Source of the DNA: Tequatrovirus NIC06P2 | Sequence record: OZ035760.1 | Direction: 5' to 3' (one strand) | DNA length: 64,000 nt | Part shown: positions 1 through 13,332 of the stretch, in pieces | How the letters are laid out: each line of letters begins with the position of its first letter | Numbering within the stretch: the stretch's first letter is position 1 | The notes under the pieces: model-generated | What the model was told of the DNA's origin: nothing | Database searches by the model: none | Seen by the model: only the letters and a program-made list of their open reading frames with translations | Translations under genes and position numbers: made by a program

Positions 1-2340
<2,340 letters not shown>

Positions 2341-2371
2341 ATATATTAAAGCATATTAAAGAGGATTAAAA

Positions 2372-4351
2372 ATGACTTTATTATCTCCGGGCATTGAGCT
2401 CAAAGAAACTACGGTTCAAAGCACCGTGGTTAATAACTCTACTGGTACAGCAGCTTTGGCCGGTAAATTCCAGTGGGGTCCTGCTTTTCAGATTAAACAG
2501 GTTACAAATGAAGTAGATTTAGTTAATACTTTTGGTCAACCAACCGCTGAAACTGCTGACTATTTTATGTCTGCGATGAATTTCTTGCAGTACGGAAATG
2601 ACTTACGAGTAGTTCGTGCTGTTGATAGAGATACCGCTAAAAACTCATCACCAATCGCTGGTAATATTGAATACACAATTTCTACCCCAGGTAGTAACTA
2701 TGCGGTTGGAGATAAAATCACAGTCAAATATGTTTCAGATGATATTGAAACTGAAGGTAAAATTACTGAAGTAGACGCAGATGGAAAAATTAAGAAAATT
2801 AATATTCCTACTGCAAAAATTATCGCTAAAGCGAAAGAAGTCGGTGAATATCCAACACTAGGTTCTAACTGGACTGCGGAAATTTCTTCATCTTCCTCTG
2901 GTTTAGCTGCAGTAATAACTCTTGGAAAAATTATTACTGATTCTGGTATTTTATTAGCTGAAATTGAAAATGCTGAAGCTGCTATGACAGCGGTTGACTT
3001 TCAAGCAAATCTTAAAAAATACGGAATTCCAGGAGTAGTAGCGCTTTATCCAGGAGAATTAGGCGATAAAATTGAAATTGAAATCGTATCTAAAGCTGAC
3101 TATGCAAAAGGAGCTTCTGCATTACTCCCAATTTATCCAGGTGGTGGTACTCGTGCATCTACTGCCAAAGCAGTGTTTGGATATGGACCGCAAACTGATT
3201 CACAATACGCTATTATAGTTCGTCGCAATGATGCTATTGTTCAAAGCGTTGTTCTTTCAACTAAGCGTGGTGAAAAAGATATTTACGATAGTAACATCTA
3301 TATCGATGACTTTTTCGCAAAAGGTGGTTCAGAATATATTTTTGCAACTGCACAAAACTGGCCAGAAGGCTTCTCTGGAATTTTAACTCTGTCTGGTGGA
3401 TTATCATCAAATGCTGAAGTATCAGCAGGAGATTTGATGGAAGCTTGGGACTTCTTTGCTGACCGTGAATCCGTTGATGTTCAACTGTTTATTGCAGGTT
3501 CTTGTGCCGGTGAATCTTTAGAAACAGCATCTACTGTCCAAAAACACGTCGTTTCAATTGGGGATGCTCGCCAAGATTGCTTAGTATTGTGCTCTCCTCC
3601 ACGTGAAACTGTAGTTGGAATTCCTGTAACTCGTGCAGTAGATAACTTAGTCAATTGGAGAACCGCAGCAGGTTCATACACTGATAATAACTTTAATATC
3701 AGTTCAACCTACGCAGCAATTGATGGTAACTACAAGTATCAGTATGACAAATATAATGATGTGAATCGTTGGGTTCCATTAGCAGCTGATATTGCTGGTT
3801 TATGCGCAAGAACTGATAACGTTTCTCATACTTGGATGTCTCCAGCTGGTTATAATCGTGGCCAGATTCTTAACGTTATTAAACTTGCTATTGAAACTCG
3901 CCAAGCTCAGCGCGACCGTTTATATCAAGAAGCTATCAACCCGGTAACTGGTACAGGTGGTGATGGTTACGTATTGTATGGTGATAAAACAGCTACTTCT
4001 GTTCCTTCTCCGTTTGATCGTATTAACGTTCGTCGTCTGTTTAATATGTTGAAAACGAATATCGGACGTAGTTCAAAATATCGTTTGTTCGAATTAAACA
4101 ATGCGTTTACTCGTTCATCATTCCGCACAGAAACTGCCCAGTACTTACAGGGAATTAAAGCTCTCGGTGGAATTTATGAATATCGTGTAGTTTGCGATAC
4201 AACAAATAACACTCCGTCAGTAATTGATAGAAATGAGTTTGTTGCAACATTCTACATCCAACCTGCACGCAGTATAAATTATATCCAACTTAACTTCGTT
4301 GCGACTGCTACTGGTGCAGATTTCGATGAGTTAACTGGTCTTGCAGGTTAA
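2372..4351 (+). CDS. 18: Contractile tail sheath protein gp18
   Basis: 659 aa, same length as T4 gp18 and recognised sequence. Confidence 0.95.
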   Translation: MTLLSPGIELKETTVQSTVVNNSTGTAALAGKFQWGPAFQIKQVTNEVDLVNTFGQPTAETADYFMSAMNFLQYGNDLRVVRAVDRDTAKNSSPIAGNIEYTISTPGSNYAVGDKITVKYVSDDIETEGKITEVDADGKIKKINIPTAKIIAKAKEVGEYPTLGSNWTAEISSSSSGLAAVITLGKIITDSGILLAEIENAEAAMTAVDFQANLKKYGIPGVVALYPGELGDKIEIEIVSKADYAKGASALLPIYPGGGTRASTAKAVFGYGPQTDSQYAIIVRRNDAIVQSVVLSTKRGEKDIYDSNIYIDDFFAKGGSEYIFATAQNWPEGFSGILTLSGGLSSNAEVSAGDLMEAWDFFADRESVDVQLFIAGSCAGESLETASTVQKHVVSIGDARQDCLVLCSPPRETVVGIPVTRAVDNLVNWRTAAGSYTDNNFNISSTYAAIDGNYKYQYDKYNDVNRWVPLAADIAGLCARTDNVSHTWMSPAGYNRGQILNVIKLAIETRQAQRDRLYQEAINPVTGTGGDGYVLYGDKTATSVPSPFDRINVRRLFNMLKTNIGRSSKYRLFELNNAFTRSSFRTETAQYLQGIKALGGIYEYRVVCDTTNNTPSVIDRNEFVATFYIQPARSINYIQLNFVATATGADFDELTGLAG

Positions 4352-4367
4352 TACGGTGCATTCTAAA

Positions 4368-4385
4368 GGCCTGCTTCGGCAGGCC
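4368..4385 (+). other. RNA hairpin GGCCUGC-UUCG-GCAGGCC after gene 18
   Basis: Perfect 7-bp stem with UUCG tetraloop, no U-run. Confidence 0.5.
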
Positions 4386-4386
4386 A

Positions 4387-4394
4387 TATAAATA
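4387..4394 (+). promoter_or_regulatory. T4 late promoter core TATAAATA
   Basis: Exact consensus directly after the gene 18 hairpin. Confidence 0.5.
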
Positions 4395-4445
4395 CACTAT
4401 ATCCTTAATTCTTTAATTCTATATGCCCTAGGTTAAACATAGGGA

Positions 4446-4453
4446 TATAAATA
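4446..4453 (+). promoter_or_regulatory. T4 late promoter TATAAATA upstream of gene 19
   Basis: Exact consensus 15 nt before the gene 19 ATG. Confidence 0.6.
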
Positions 4454-4467
4454 CTACAGAGGCTAAT

Positions 4468-4959
4468 ATGTTTGTAGATGATGTAACACGAGCGTTTGAA
4501 TCTGGTGATTTTGCTCGACCTAACTTATTCCAAGTAGAAATTTCTTATCTTGGACAAAATTTTACGTTCCAATGTAAAGCTACTGCTTTACCAGCTGGTA
4601 TTGTAGAAAAAATTCCAGTCGGATTTATGAACCGTAAAATTAACGTAGCAGGCGATCGTACATTCGATGACTGGACTGTTACAGTAATGAACGATGAAGC
4701 TCATGATGCTCGTCAGAAGTTCGTTGATTGGCAAAGCATTGCTGCGGGGCAAGGAAACGAAATTACTGGTGGAAAACCTGCAGAGTATAAAAAGAGCGCT
4801 ATCGTTCGTCAATACGCTCGTGACGCTAAAACAGTAACAAAAGAAATTGAAATTAAAGGTCTGTGGCCTACTAACGTGGGTGAACTTCAATTAGATTGGG
4901 ATTCAAACAATGAAATCCAAACCTTTGAAGTAACTCTTGCTCTCGATTATTGGGAATAA
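4468..4959 (+). CDS. 19: Tail tube protein gp19
   Basis: 163 aa, recognised as T4 gp19; late promoter upstream. Confidence 0.95.
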   Translation: MFVDDVTRAFESGDFARPNLFQVEISYLGQNFTFQCKATALPAGIVEKIPVGFMNRKINVAGDRTFDDWTVTVMNDEAHDARQKFVDWQSIAAGQGNEITGGKPAEYKKSAIVRQYARDAKTVTKEIEIKGLWPTNVGELQLDWDSNNEIQTFEVTLALDYWE

Positions 4960-4966
4960 AATGAAT

Positions 4967-4980
4967 GGGGAGAAATCCCC
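4967..4980 (+). other. RNA hairpin GGGGA-GAAA-UCCCC after gene 19
   Basis: 5-bp stem with GNRA tetraloop. Confidence 0.45.
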
Positions 4981-4991
4981 ATCCTGCTTAA

Positions 4992-6616
<1,625 letters not shown>

Positions 6617-6617
<1 letters not shown>

Positions 6618-6865
6618 TGGAAGGTTTAATTGAAGCTATTAAATCAAACGACCTCGTAGCCGCTCGTAAATTATTTGCTGAAGCCATGGCTGCAAGAACG
6701 ATTGATTTAATTAAAGAAGAAAAAATCGCTATCGCTCGTAATTTCTTAATCGAAGGTGAAGAACCTGATGACGAGGATGATGACGAAGACGAAGATAGTG
6801 ATGATAAAGACGACAAAAAAGACAAAGATTCTGATGAAGATGACGAAGACGAGGATGATGAATAA
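6617..6865 (+). CDS. 67: Prohead core protein gp67 with poly-acidic C-terminal tail
   Basis: 82 aa, N-terminus [13 protein letters not shown], Asp/Glu-rich tail; position between 20 and 68. Confidence 0.85.
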
Positions 6866-7290
6866 TGCTTCTGATCCCTGAAACTCATGAATTAGTTCTC
6901 GAGAATGTCGAAGCACTTATTCCTGAAGCACAGGGTCGCTTTGACGAATTGTCTTCTGCTTTAAATAAAGACGATATAAATACAATTGTCGAGAATATGC
7001 TTGATGATGAAACTGATTTAGCGGTTGCATTAGCTTCTATTAATGAAAATATGCCGTTAAATGAATTCATCGTTAAACATGTTTCCGCCCGTGGTGAAAT
7101 TACTCGCACTAAAGATCGCAAAACCCGCGAACGAAATGCATTTCAAACCACTGGGCTGTCTAAAGCAAAACGTAGACAAATTGCTCGTAAAGCTACCAAA
7201 ACGAAGATTGCCAATCCAGCAGGTCAATCTCGTGCTCAGCGTAAGCGTAAAAAAGCTCTTAAACGCCGTAAAGCATTAGGATTAAGCTAA
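6865..7290 (+). CDS. 68: Prohead core protein gp68
   Basis: 141 aa, basic C-terminus; synteny and length match T4 gp68. Confidence 0.85.
6975..6982 (+). promoter_or_regulatory. Possible late promoter TATAAATA inside gene 68
   Basis: Exact consensus, but about 300 nt upstream of gene 21. Confidence 0.3.
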
Positions 7291-7928
7291 TGAATGAACC
7301 CCAATTACTAATTGAAACTTGGGGTCAACCTGGCGAAATTATTGATGGCGTGCCAATGCTTGAATCTCATGATGGAAAAGACTTAGGTTTAAAACCGGGT
7401 TTATACATCGAAGGAATATTCATGCAAGCGGAAGTTGTCAATAGAAATAAACGTCTTTATCCAAAACGTATATTAGAAAAAGCGGTAAAAGACTATATTA
7501 ATGAGCAAGTTTTAACTAAACAAGCTCTCGGAGAATTAAATCATCCTCCACGCGCTAATGTTGACCCGATGCAAGCCGCTATCATTATAGAAGATATGTG
7601 GTGGAAAGGAAATGACGTATACGGACGAGCTCGTGTTATTGAAGGTGACCATGGTCCTGGAGATAAATTAGCAGCTAATATTCGTGCCGGATGGATTCCA
7701 GGAGTTTCTTCTCGTGGATTAGGTTCATTGACTGACACAAATAAAGGTTATCGTATCGTAAACGAAGGATTCAAATTAACTGTAGGTGTTGATGCAGTAT
7801 GGGGTCCAAGTGCTCCAGATGCATGGGTAACTCCTAAGGAAATTACCGAATCACAGACGGCGGAAGCCGATACAAGTGCCGATGACGCCTATATGGCTCT
7901 CGCAGAGGCCATGAAAAAAGCGTTATAA
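7290..7928 (+). CDS. 21: Prohead core protease gp21
   Basis: 212 aa, recognised as T4 gp21. Confidence 0.93.
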   Translation: MNEPQLLIETWGQPGEIIDGVPMLESHDGKDLGLKPGLYIEGIFMQAEVVNRNKRLYPKRILEKAVKDYINEQVLTKQALGELNHPPRANVDPMQAAIIIEDMWWKGNDVYGRARVIEGDHGPGDKLAANIRAGWIPGVSSRGLGSLTDTNKGYRIVNEGFKLTVGVDAVWGPSAPDAWVTPKEITESQTAEADTSADDAYMALAEAMKKAL

Positions 7929-7931
7929 ATA
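7924..7931 (+). promoter_or_regulatory. Late promoter TATAAATA upstream of gene 22
   Basis: Exact consensus overlapping the gene 21 stop codon. Confidence 0.55.
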
Positions 7932-7958
7932 TTATTATCTAAACAACAGGACTACAAA

Positions 7959-8768
7959 ATGCTTAAAGAACAACTGATTGCCGAAGCGCAGAAAATTGAT
8001 GCTTCCGTTGCTCTTGATAGTATTTTCGAATCAGTTAATATTTCTCCGGAAGCAAAAGAAACTTTCGGCACTGTATTCGAAGCTACCGTCAAGCAGCACG
8101 CCGTTAAATTAGCTGAATCTCATATCGCTAAAATTGCTGAAAAAGCAGAAGAAGAAGTAGAAAAAAACAAAGAAGAAGCAGAAGAAAAAGCTGAGAAGAA
8201 AATCGCTGAGCAAGCTTCTAAATTCCTTGACCATCTTGCAAAAGAATGGCTCACTGAAAATAAATTAGCAGTAGATAAAGGCATCAAAGCCGAACTGTTT
8301 GAATCCATGCTTGGTGGATTGAAAGAGCTCTTCGTTGAACACAACGTTGTTGTTCCAGAAGAATCAGTTGATGTTGTAGCTGAAATGGAAGAAGAACTGC
8401 AAGAACATAAAGAAGAATCAGCTCGTCTGTTCGAAGAACTCAATAAGCGTGACGCATATATCAATTATGTGCAGCGTGAAGTGGCATTGAGCGAAAGTAC
8501 TAAAGATCTGACTGAGTCTCAAAAAGAAAAAGTCTCTGCTCTGGTCGAAGGTATGGATTATTCAGATGCATTCTCAAGTAAATTGAGTGCAATCGTAGAA
8601 ATGGTGAAGAAATCTAATAAAGATGAAAGCACTATTACTGAGAGTATAAATACTCCTGATACTGAAGCAGCCGGACTGAATTTCGTCACTGAAGCTGTAG
8701 AAGATAAATCTGCACAAGGTGCAGAAGATATTGTAAGTGTATATGCGAAAGTCGCATCTCGTTTCTAA
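7959..8768 (+). CDS. 22: Prohead core scaffold protein gp22
   Basis: 269 aa, Glu/Lys-rich coiled-coil protein, recognised as T4 gp22. Confidence 0.93.
   Translation: MLKEQLIAEAQKIDASVALDSIFESVNISPEAKETFGTVFEATVKQHAVKLAESHIAKIAEKAEEEVEKNKEEAEEKAEKKIAEQASKFLDHLAKEWLTENKLAVDKGIKAELFESMLGGLKELFVEHNVVVPEESVDVVAEMEEELQEHKEESARLFEELNKRDAYINYVQREVALSESTKDLTESQKEKVSALVEGMDYSDAFSSKLSAIVEMVKKSNKDESTITESINTPDTEAAGLNFVTEAVEDKSAQGAEDIVSVYAKVASRF
8645..8652 (+). promoter_or_regulatory. Late promoter TATAAATA upstream of gene 23 (inside gene 22)
   Basis: Exact consensus 135 nt before the gene 23 start. Confidence 0.5.
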
Positions 8769-8786
8769 TTTTAAAGGTTAACACAA

Positions 8787-10352
8787 ATGACTATCAAAAC
8801 TAAAGCTGAACTTTTGAACAAATGGAAGCCATTACTGGAAGGTGAAGGTTTACCGGAAATTGCTAATAGCAAACAAGCGATTATCGCTAAAATCTTTGAA
8901 AACCAGGAAAAAGATTTCCAGACAGCTCCGGAATATAAAGACGAAAAAATTGCTCAGGCATTCGGTTCTTTCTTAACAGAAGCTGAAATTGGTGGTGACC
9001 ACGGTTACAATGCTACCAACATCGCTGCAGGTCAGACTTCTGGCGCAGTAACCCAGATTGGCCCGGCTGTTATGGGTATGGTACGTCGTGCTATTCCTAA
9101 CCTGATTGCTTTCGATATTTGCGGTGTTCAGCCGATGAACAGCCCGACTGGTCAGGTATTCGCACTGCGCGCAGTATATGGTAAAGACCCAATCGCTTCC
9201 GGCGCTAAAGAAGCATTCCACCCAATGTATGGTCCAGATGCAATGTTCTCTGGTCAGGGTGCTGCTAAGAAATTCCCAGCTCTGGCTGCTAGTACTGAAA
9301 CTGTTGTAGGTGATATCTATACTCACTTCTTCCAGGAAACCGGTACTGTATATCTGCAAGCTTCAGCTGTTGTGACAATTGATTCTAGTGCAAATGATGC
9401 AGCTAAATTAGATGCTGAAATTAAGAAACAAATGGAAGCAGGTGTACTGGTAGAAATCGCTGAAGGTATGGCTACTTCTATCGCTGAACTTCAGGAAGGT
9501 TTCAATGGTTCTACCGATAACCCATGGAATGAAATGGGCTTCCGTATCGATAAGCAAGTTATCGAAGCTAAATCTCGTCAGCTGAAAGCTGCTTACTCTA
9601 TTGAATTAGCACAAGACCTTCGCGCTGTTCACGGTATGGATGCTGATGCTGAACTGTCCGGTATTCTGGCTACCGAAATTATGCTGGAAATCAACCGCGA
9701 AGTTGTTGATTGGATTAACTACTCAGCTCAGGTTGGTAAATCTGGTATGACCCTGACTCCGGGTTCTAAAGCTGGTGTATTTGACTTCCAGGATCCGATT
9801 GATATTCGTGGTGCTCGCTGGGCGGGTGAATCCTTTAAAGCTCTGTTGTTCCAGATTGACAAAGAAGCAGTTGAAATTGCTCGTCAGACCGGTCGTGGTG
9901 AAGGTAACTTCATTATCGCTTCCCGTAACGTAGTTAACGTTCTGGCTTCAGTTGATACCGGCATTTCTTATGCTGCACAAGGTCTGGCTACCGGCTTTAA
10001 CACTGATACTACCAAGTCAGTATTTGCCGGTGTTCTGGGTGGTAAATACCGTGTATATATCGACCAGTATGCTAAACAGGATTATTTCACTGTAGGTTAT
10101 AAAGGTCCGAACGAAATGGATGCTGGTATTTACTATGCTCCATATGTAGCTCTGACTCCGCTGCGTGGTTCCGATCCGAAGAACTTCCAACCGGTAATGG
10201 GATTCAAAACTCGTTACGGTATCGGTATCAACCCATTTGCAGAATCCGCTGCTCAGGCTCCGGCTTCTCGCATCCAGAGCGGTATGCCTTCTATTCTGAA
10301 CAGCCTTGGTAAAAACGCTTACTTTAGACGTGTATATGTTAAAGGTATCTAA
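8787..10352 (+). CDS. 23: Major capsid protein gp23
   Basis: 521 aa, recognised as near-identical to T4 gp23 (MTIKTKAELLNKWKPLLEGEGLPEIANSK...). Confidence 0.97.
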   Translation: MTIKTKAELLNKWKPLLEGEGLPEIANSKQAIIAKIFENQEKDFQTAPEYKDEKIAQAFGSFLTEAEIGGDHGYNATNIAAGQTSGAVTQIGPAVMGMVRRAIPNLIAFDICGVQPMNSPTGQVFALRAVYGKDPIASGAKEAFHPMYGPDAMFSGQGAAKKFPALAASTETVVGDIYTHFFQETGTVYLQASAVVTIDSSANDAAKLDAEIKKQMEAGVLVEIAEGMATSIAELQEGFNGSTDNPWNEMGFRIDKQVIEAKSRQLKAAYSIELAQDLRAVHGMDADAELSGILATEIMLEINREVVDWINYSAQVGKSGMTLTPGSKAGVFDFQDPIDIRGARWAGESFKALLFQIDKEAVEIARQTGRGEGNFIIASRNVVNVLASVDTGISYAAQGLATGFNTDTTKSVFAGVLGGKYRVYIDQYAKQDYFTVGYKGPNEMDAGIYYAPYVALTPLRGSDPKNFQPVMGFKTRYGIGINPFAESAAQAPASRIQSGMPSILNSLGKNAYFRRVYVKGI

Positions 10353-10367
10353 TCTTTGACGATTTAA

Positions 10368-10396
10368 GGGACCTTCGGGTCCCTTTAGTTGTTTTT
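10368..10396 (+). terminator. Intrinsic terminator after gene 23
   Basis: GGGACC-UUCG-GGUCCC followed by T-rich run. Confidence 0.7.
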
Positions 10397-10400
10397 ATGG

Positions 10401-10408
10401 TATAAATA
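10401..10408 (+). promoter_or_regulatory. Late promoter TATAAATA upstream of gene 24
   Basis: Exact consensus directly after the gene 23 terminator. Confidence 0.6.
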
Positions 10409-10435
10409 AATCATATAAACCAAAAGGAAAGCGCA

Positions 10436-11719
10436 ATGGCTAAAATCAACGAACTTCTGCGCGAATCAACCACAACGAATAGCAACTCAATCGGTCGCCC
10501 AAATCTCGTTGCTTTGACTCGCGCTACCACTAAATTAATATATTCTGACATTGTAGCAACGCAAAGAACTAATCAACCTGTTGCTGCTTTTTATGGTATC
10601 AAATACCTTAACCCAGACAATGAATTTACATTTAAAACTGGTGCTACTTACGCTGGTGAAGCCGGATATGTAGACCGAGAACAAATCACAGAATTAACAG
10701 AAGAGTCTAAATTAACTCTCAATAAAGGCGATTTATTCAAATATAATAATATCGTTTATAAAGTATTAGAAGATACTCCATTTGCTGATATTGAAGAAAG
10801 CGACTTAGAGTTAGCTCTTCAGATTGCAATTGTTCTTTTAAAGGTTCGTCTATTTTCTGACGCAGCATCAACAAGCAAATTTGAAAGCTCTGATAGTGAA
10901 ATTGCGGATGCTAGATTCCAGATTAATAAATGGCAAACCGCAGTTAAATCTCGTAAACTTAAAACTGGTATCACAGTTGAATTAGCACAAGATTTAGAAG
11001 CAAATGGATTCGATGCTCCTAATTTCTTGGAAGATTTGCTTGCAACTGAAATGGCAGATGAAATCAATAAAGATATTCTGCAGTCTTTGATTACAGTGTC
11101 AAAACGCTATAAAGTTACAGGAATTACTGATAGTGGATTCATCGATTTGAGTTATGCATCTGCTCCTGAAGCAGGTCGTTCATTATACCGAATGGTATGT
11201 GAAATGGTTTCACATATCCAAAAAGAATCAACTTATACAGCAACGTTCTGTGTTGCTTCTGCTCGTGCCGCCGCTATTCTTGCTGCATCAGGTTGGTTAA
11301 AACATAAACCAGAAGATGATAAATATCTTTCACAAAATGCCTACGGGTTCTTAGCTAATGGTTTACCGCTTTATTGCGATACTAACAGCCCATTAGATTA
11401 TGTAATCGTTGGTGTAGTAGAAAATATCGGTGAAAAAGAAATTGTTGGATCAATTTTCTATGCTCCGTATACAGAAGGTCTCGACTTAGATGACCCTGAA
11501 CATGTAGGTGCATTTAAAGTTGTTGTTGATCCAGAAAGCTTACAGCCGTCTATCGGTTTATTAGTTAGATATGCTTTATCAGCAAATCCTTATACCGTAG
11601 CAAAAGATGAAAAAGAAGCAAGAATAATTGACGGTGGAGACATGGATAAAATGGCGGGTCGTTCAGATTTGTCTGTTTTATTAGGTGTTAAATTACCAAA
11701 AATTATTATCGATGAATAA
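10436..11719 (+). CDS. 24: Capsid vertex protein gp24
   Basis: 427 aa, gp23 paralogue, recognised as T4 gp24. Confidence 0.95.
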   Translation: MAKINELLRESTTTNSNSIGRPNLVALTRATTKLIYSDIVATQRTNQPVAAFYGIKYLNPDNEFTFKTGATYAGEAGYVDREQITELTEESKLTLNKGDLFKYNNIVYKVLEDTPFADIEESDLELALQIAIVLLKVRLFSDAASTSKFESSDSEIADARFQINKWQTAVKSRKLKTGITVELAQDLEANGFDAPNFLEDLLATEMADEINKDILQSLITVSKRYKVTGITDSGFIDLSYASAPEAGRSLYRMVCEMVSHIQKESTYTATFCVASARAAAILAASGWLKHKPEDDKYLSQNAYGFLANGLPLYCDTNSPLDYVIVGVVENIGEKEIVGSIFYAPYTEGLDLDDPEHVGAFKVVVDPESLQPSIGLLVRYALSANPYTVAKDEKEARIIDGGDMDKMAGRSDLSVLLGVKLPKIIIDE

Positions 11720-11725
11720 AACAAA

Positions 11726-11746
11726 GGGACCGAAAGGTCCCTTTTT
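11726..11746. terminator. Bidirectional intrinsic terminator between gene 24 and rnlB
   Basis: GGGACC-GAAA-GGUCCC followed by TTTTT; lies between convergent genes. Confidence 0.7.
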
Positions 11747-11748
11747 AT

Positions 11749-12753
11749 TTAGCTCACCAACTCAATCCAAGCTGGACGAAGTACATCTTGCACCATTTTA
11801 ACTAATTCCTTTTTAATCAAAGAAGGATTATCTGCTTGAGTTAGAGTAATACCTTCACGAGAAGTTTCTTCCAAAATATCTTGAACAGTTAGCCCCATCA
11901 CCTTTCCAAAATCCTTTGGACCAATTTCGCCAATTTTAGAAATAACGTTATTTACTCGGTTCAGTGTAACGTAACAAGCTAAAATCCCCACCAATTTGTT
12001 ATCAGCTTCTGACAGTTCAACTTTAGCTTTAATAGGCTTATCAGACTTTTTCTTTTCACTAAATTTGGAATTCTTGCATTTAATCGCTACACGATTGCGA
12101 TTAGGCAGCCAAGAAGGATAACAAGGTTTCAATACATATCCTTCAGCAGTAAATACTTCGCCTTTTGCTTCGGCATTCCAGACGCATTTATTTGCATCAA
12201 CTAATCCAGCATGGTCTACTGTAAAATTATAATCTTGGACGACAGAATCTAAATCATTTGGCAATTTAATAAGCTCTTCAAATTTACCGCGACCTAAAAG
12301 TGGAGCCATTTTAAATTTAAATGTATTACAGAATGATTCCATCATATAATCGTCGACATAAGTCACATCACCACTTTCTGTAGTGACAATAATGTCAAAT
12401 ACATAAAAATCTTTATCACCATAATCAACATTCTTCTGAATGCCAGGTCCAGCGAATTCGCCAAAGACTTGATAAGATACAACCGCTGAGGTTTCCATAA
12501 TATCTTGTACTGCTTTAATGGAATCAGCGTAATTCTTTAGAATAATTTCATACCCAAAGAAATCTTCAGCGGGAAGAATCGGTCCAGTACGTTTAGCGCA
12601 AGTTACTTTATCACGCTCAATAATCAATGAGAAATTTGTGCCGTGAATCTTTTCACGAGCTACCCATTCGCCGCCAGTCAATCCTAAGCTATAAAGTTTT
12701 TCAATAAATTTAGAGTTGTAATGATTTTCAAGACTGCTATACTTTTTAAACAT
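11749..12753 (-). CDS. rnlB: RNA ligase 2 (RnlB)
   Basis: 334 aa, recognised as T4 Rnl2, ligase motif KIHGTN. Confidence 0.93.
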   Translation of the reverse strand: MFKKYSSLENHYNSKFIEKLYSLGLTGGEWVAREKIHGTNFSLIIERDKVTCAKRTGPILPAEDFFGYEIILKNYADSIKAVQDIMETSAVVSYQVFGEFAGPGIQKNVDYGDKDFYVFDIIVTTESGDVTYVDDYMMESFCNTFKFKMAPLLGRGKFEELIKLPNDLDSVVQDYNFTVDHAGLVDANKCVWNAEAKGEVFTAEGYVLKPCYPSWLPNRNRVAIKCKNSKFSEKKKSDKPIKAKVELSEADNKLVGILACYVTLNRVNNVISKIGEIGPKDFGKVMGLTVQDILEETSREGITLTQADNPSLIKKELVKMVQDVLRPAWIELVS

Positions 12754-12762
12754 AATTAATCC

Positions 12763-13041
12763 TCAAAATGTAATTTCTAACCAATCACCATCACGCTGAT
12801 CACTATTGACTTTAAAGCTGAATCCTTCTTTTCTCAGCCAATCACCAATTTCTTCAGTAATCAATTTATCACGAGCAATACAATAATAATTAAAATGTGT
12901 TTTACCTTGTTCAGCTGCTTTATTAGCAAGTTCCGAAAAATCTTTAATAAAACACTCTAGCTTAAACTGTTTACTTTTTAATGCTTTTTCGCGCAATTGA
13001 TTAGCAAAAGATTCATTTTCATAAAGATCATACTGTTCCAT
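12763..13041 (-). CDS. 24.2: Hypothetical protein (24.2-like)
   Basis: 92-aa ORF in the T4 24.2 position. Confidence 0.6.
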   Translation of the reverse strand: MEQYDLYENESFANQLREKALKSKQFKLECFIKDFSELANKAAEQGKTHFNYYCIARDKLITEEIGDWLRKEGFSFKVNSDQRDGDWLEITF

Positions 13042-13243
13042 TTTTCACCTTTTTATTGATATGTCTTTTTCTATAGACAACTTTTTCTCGAGTTTCAAAT
13101 TTATTCTTAGCAGTCATAGCTCGAGCCCATAATACAGCCACTTCTTTTGCCTGTAAGTTCAATTCACGAGCAATTTCAATGAATGACTTTCCAGACTCAT
13201 GAAGAGTAAACACCACAACCTCAGTTCTCATAATCAATCTCAT
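13028..13243 (-). CDS. 24.3: Hypothetical protein (24.3-like)
   Basis: 71-aa ORF in the T4 24.3 position. Confidence 0.6.
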   Translation of the reverse strand: MRLIMRTEVVVFTLHESGKSFIEIARELNLQAKEVAVLWARAMTAKNKFETREKVVYRKRHINKKVKNGTV

Positions 13244-13299
13244 GTTATCGAGTTGGTGCCATTATATACATCATTTTCTGATTGTGTTTTGTGTGCTTT

Positions 13300-13326
13300 C
13301 AAAATGAAGAAAGGGGCCGAAGCCCC
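13300..13326 (-). terminator. Hairpin and U-rich tract after hoc
   Basis: GGGGC-UUCG-GCCCC on minus strand followed by U-rich sequence. Confidence 0.5.
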
Positions 13327-13332
13327 TTATGA

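Noticed and set aside
8120-8464. 114-aa Ser-rich ORF on the minus strand
   Set aside because: Antisense of the Glu/Lys-rich coding sequence of scaffold gene 22; a compositional artefact.
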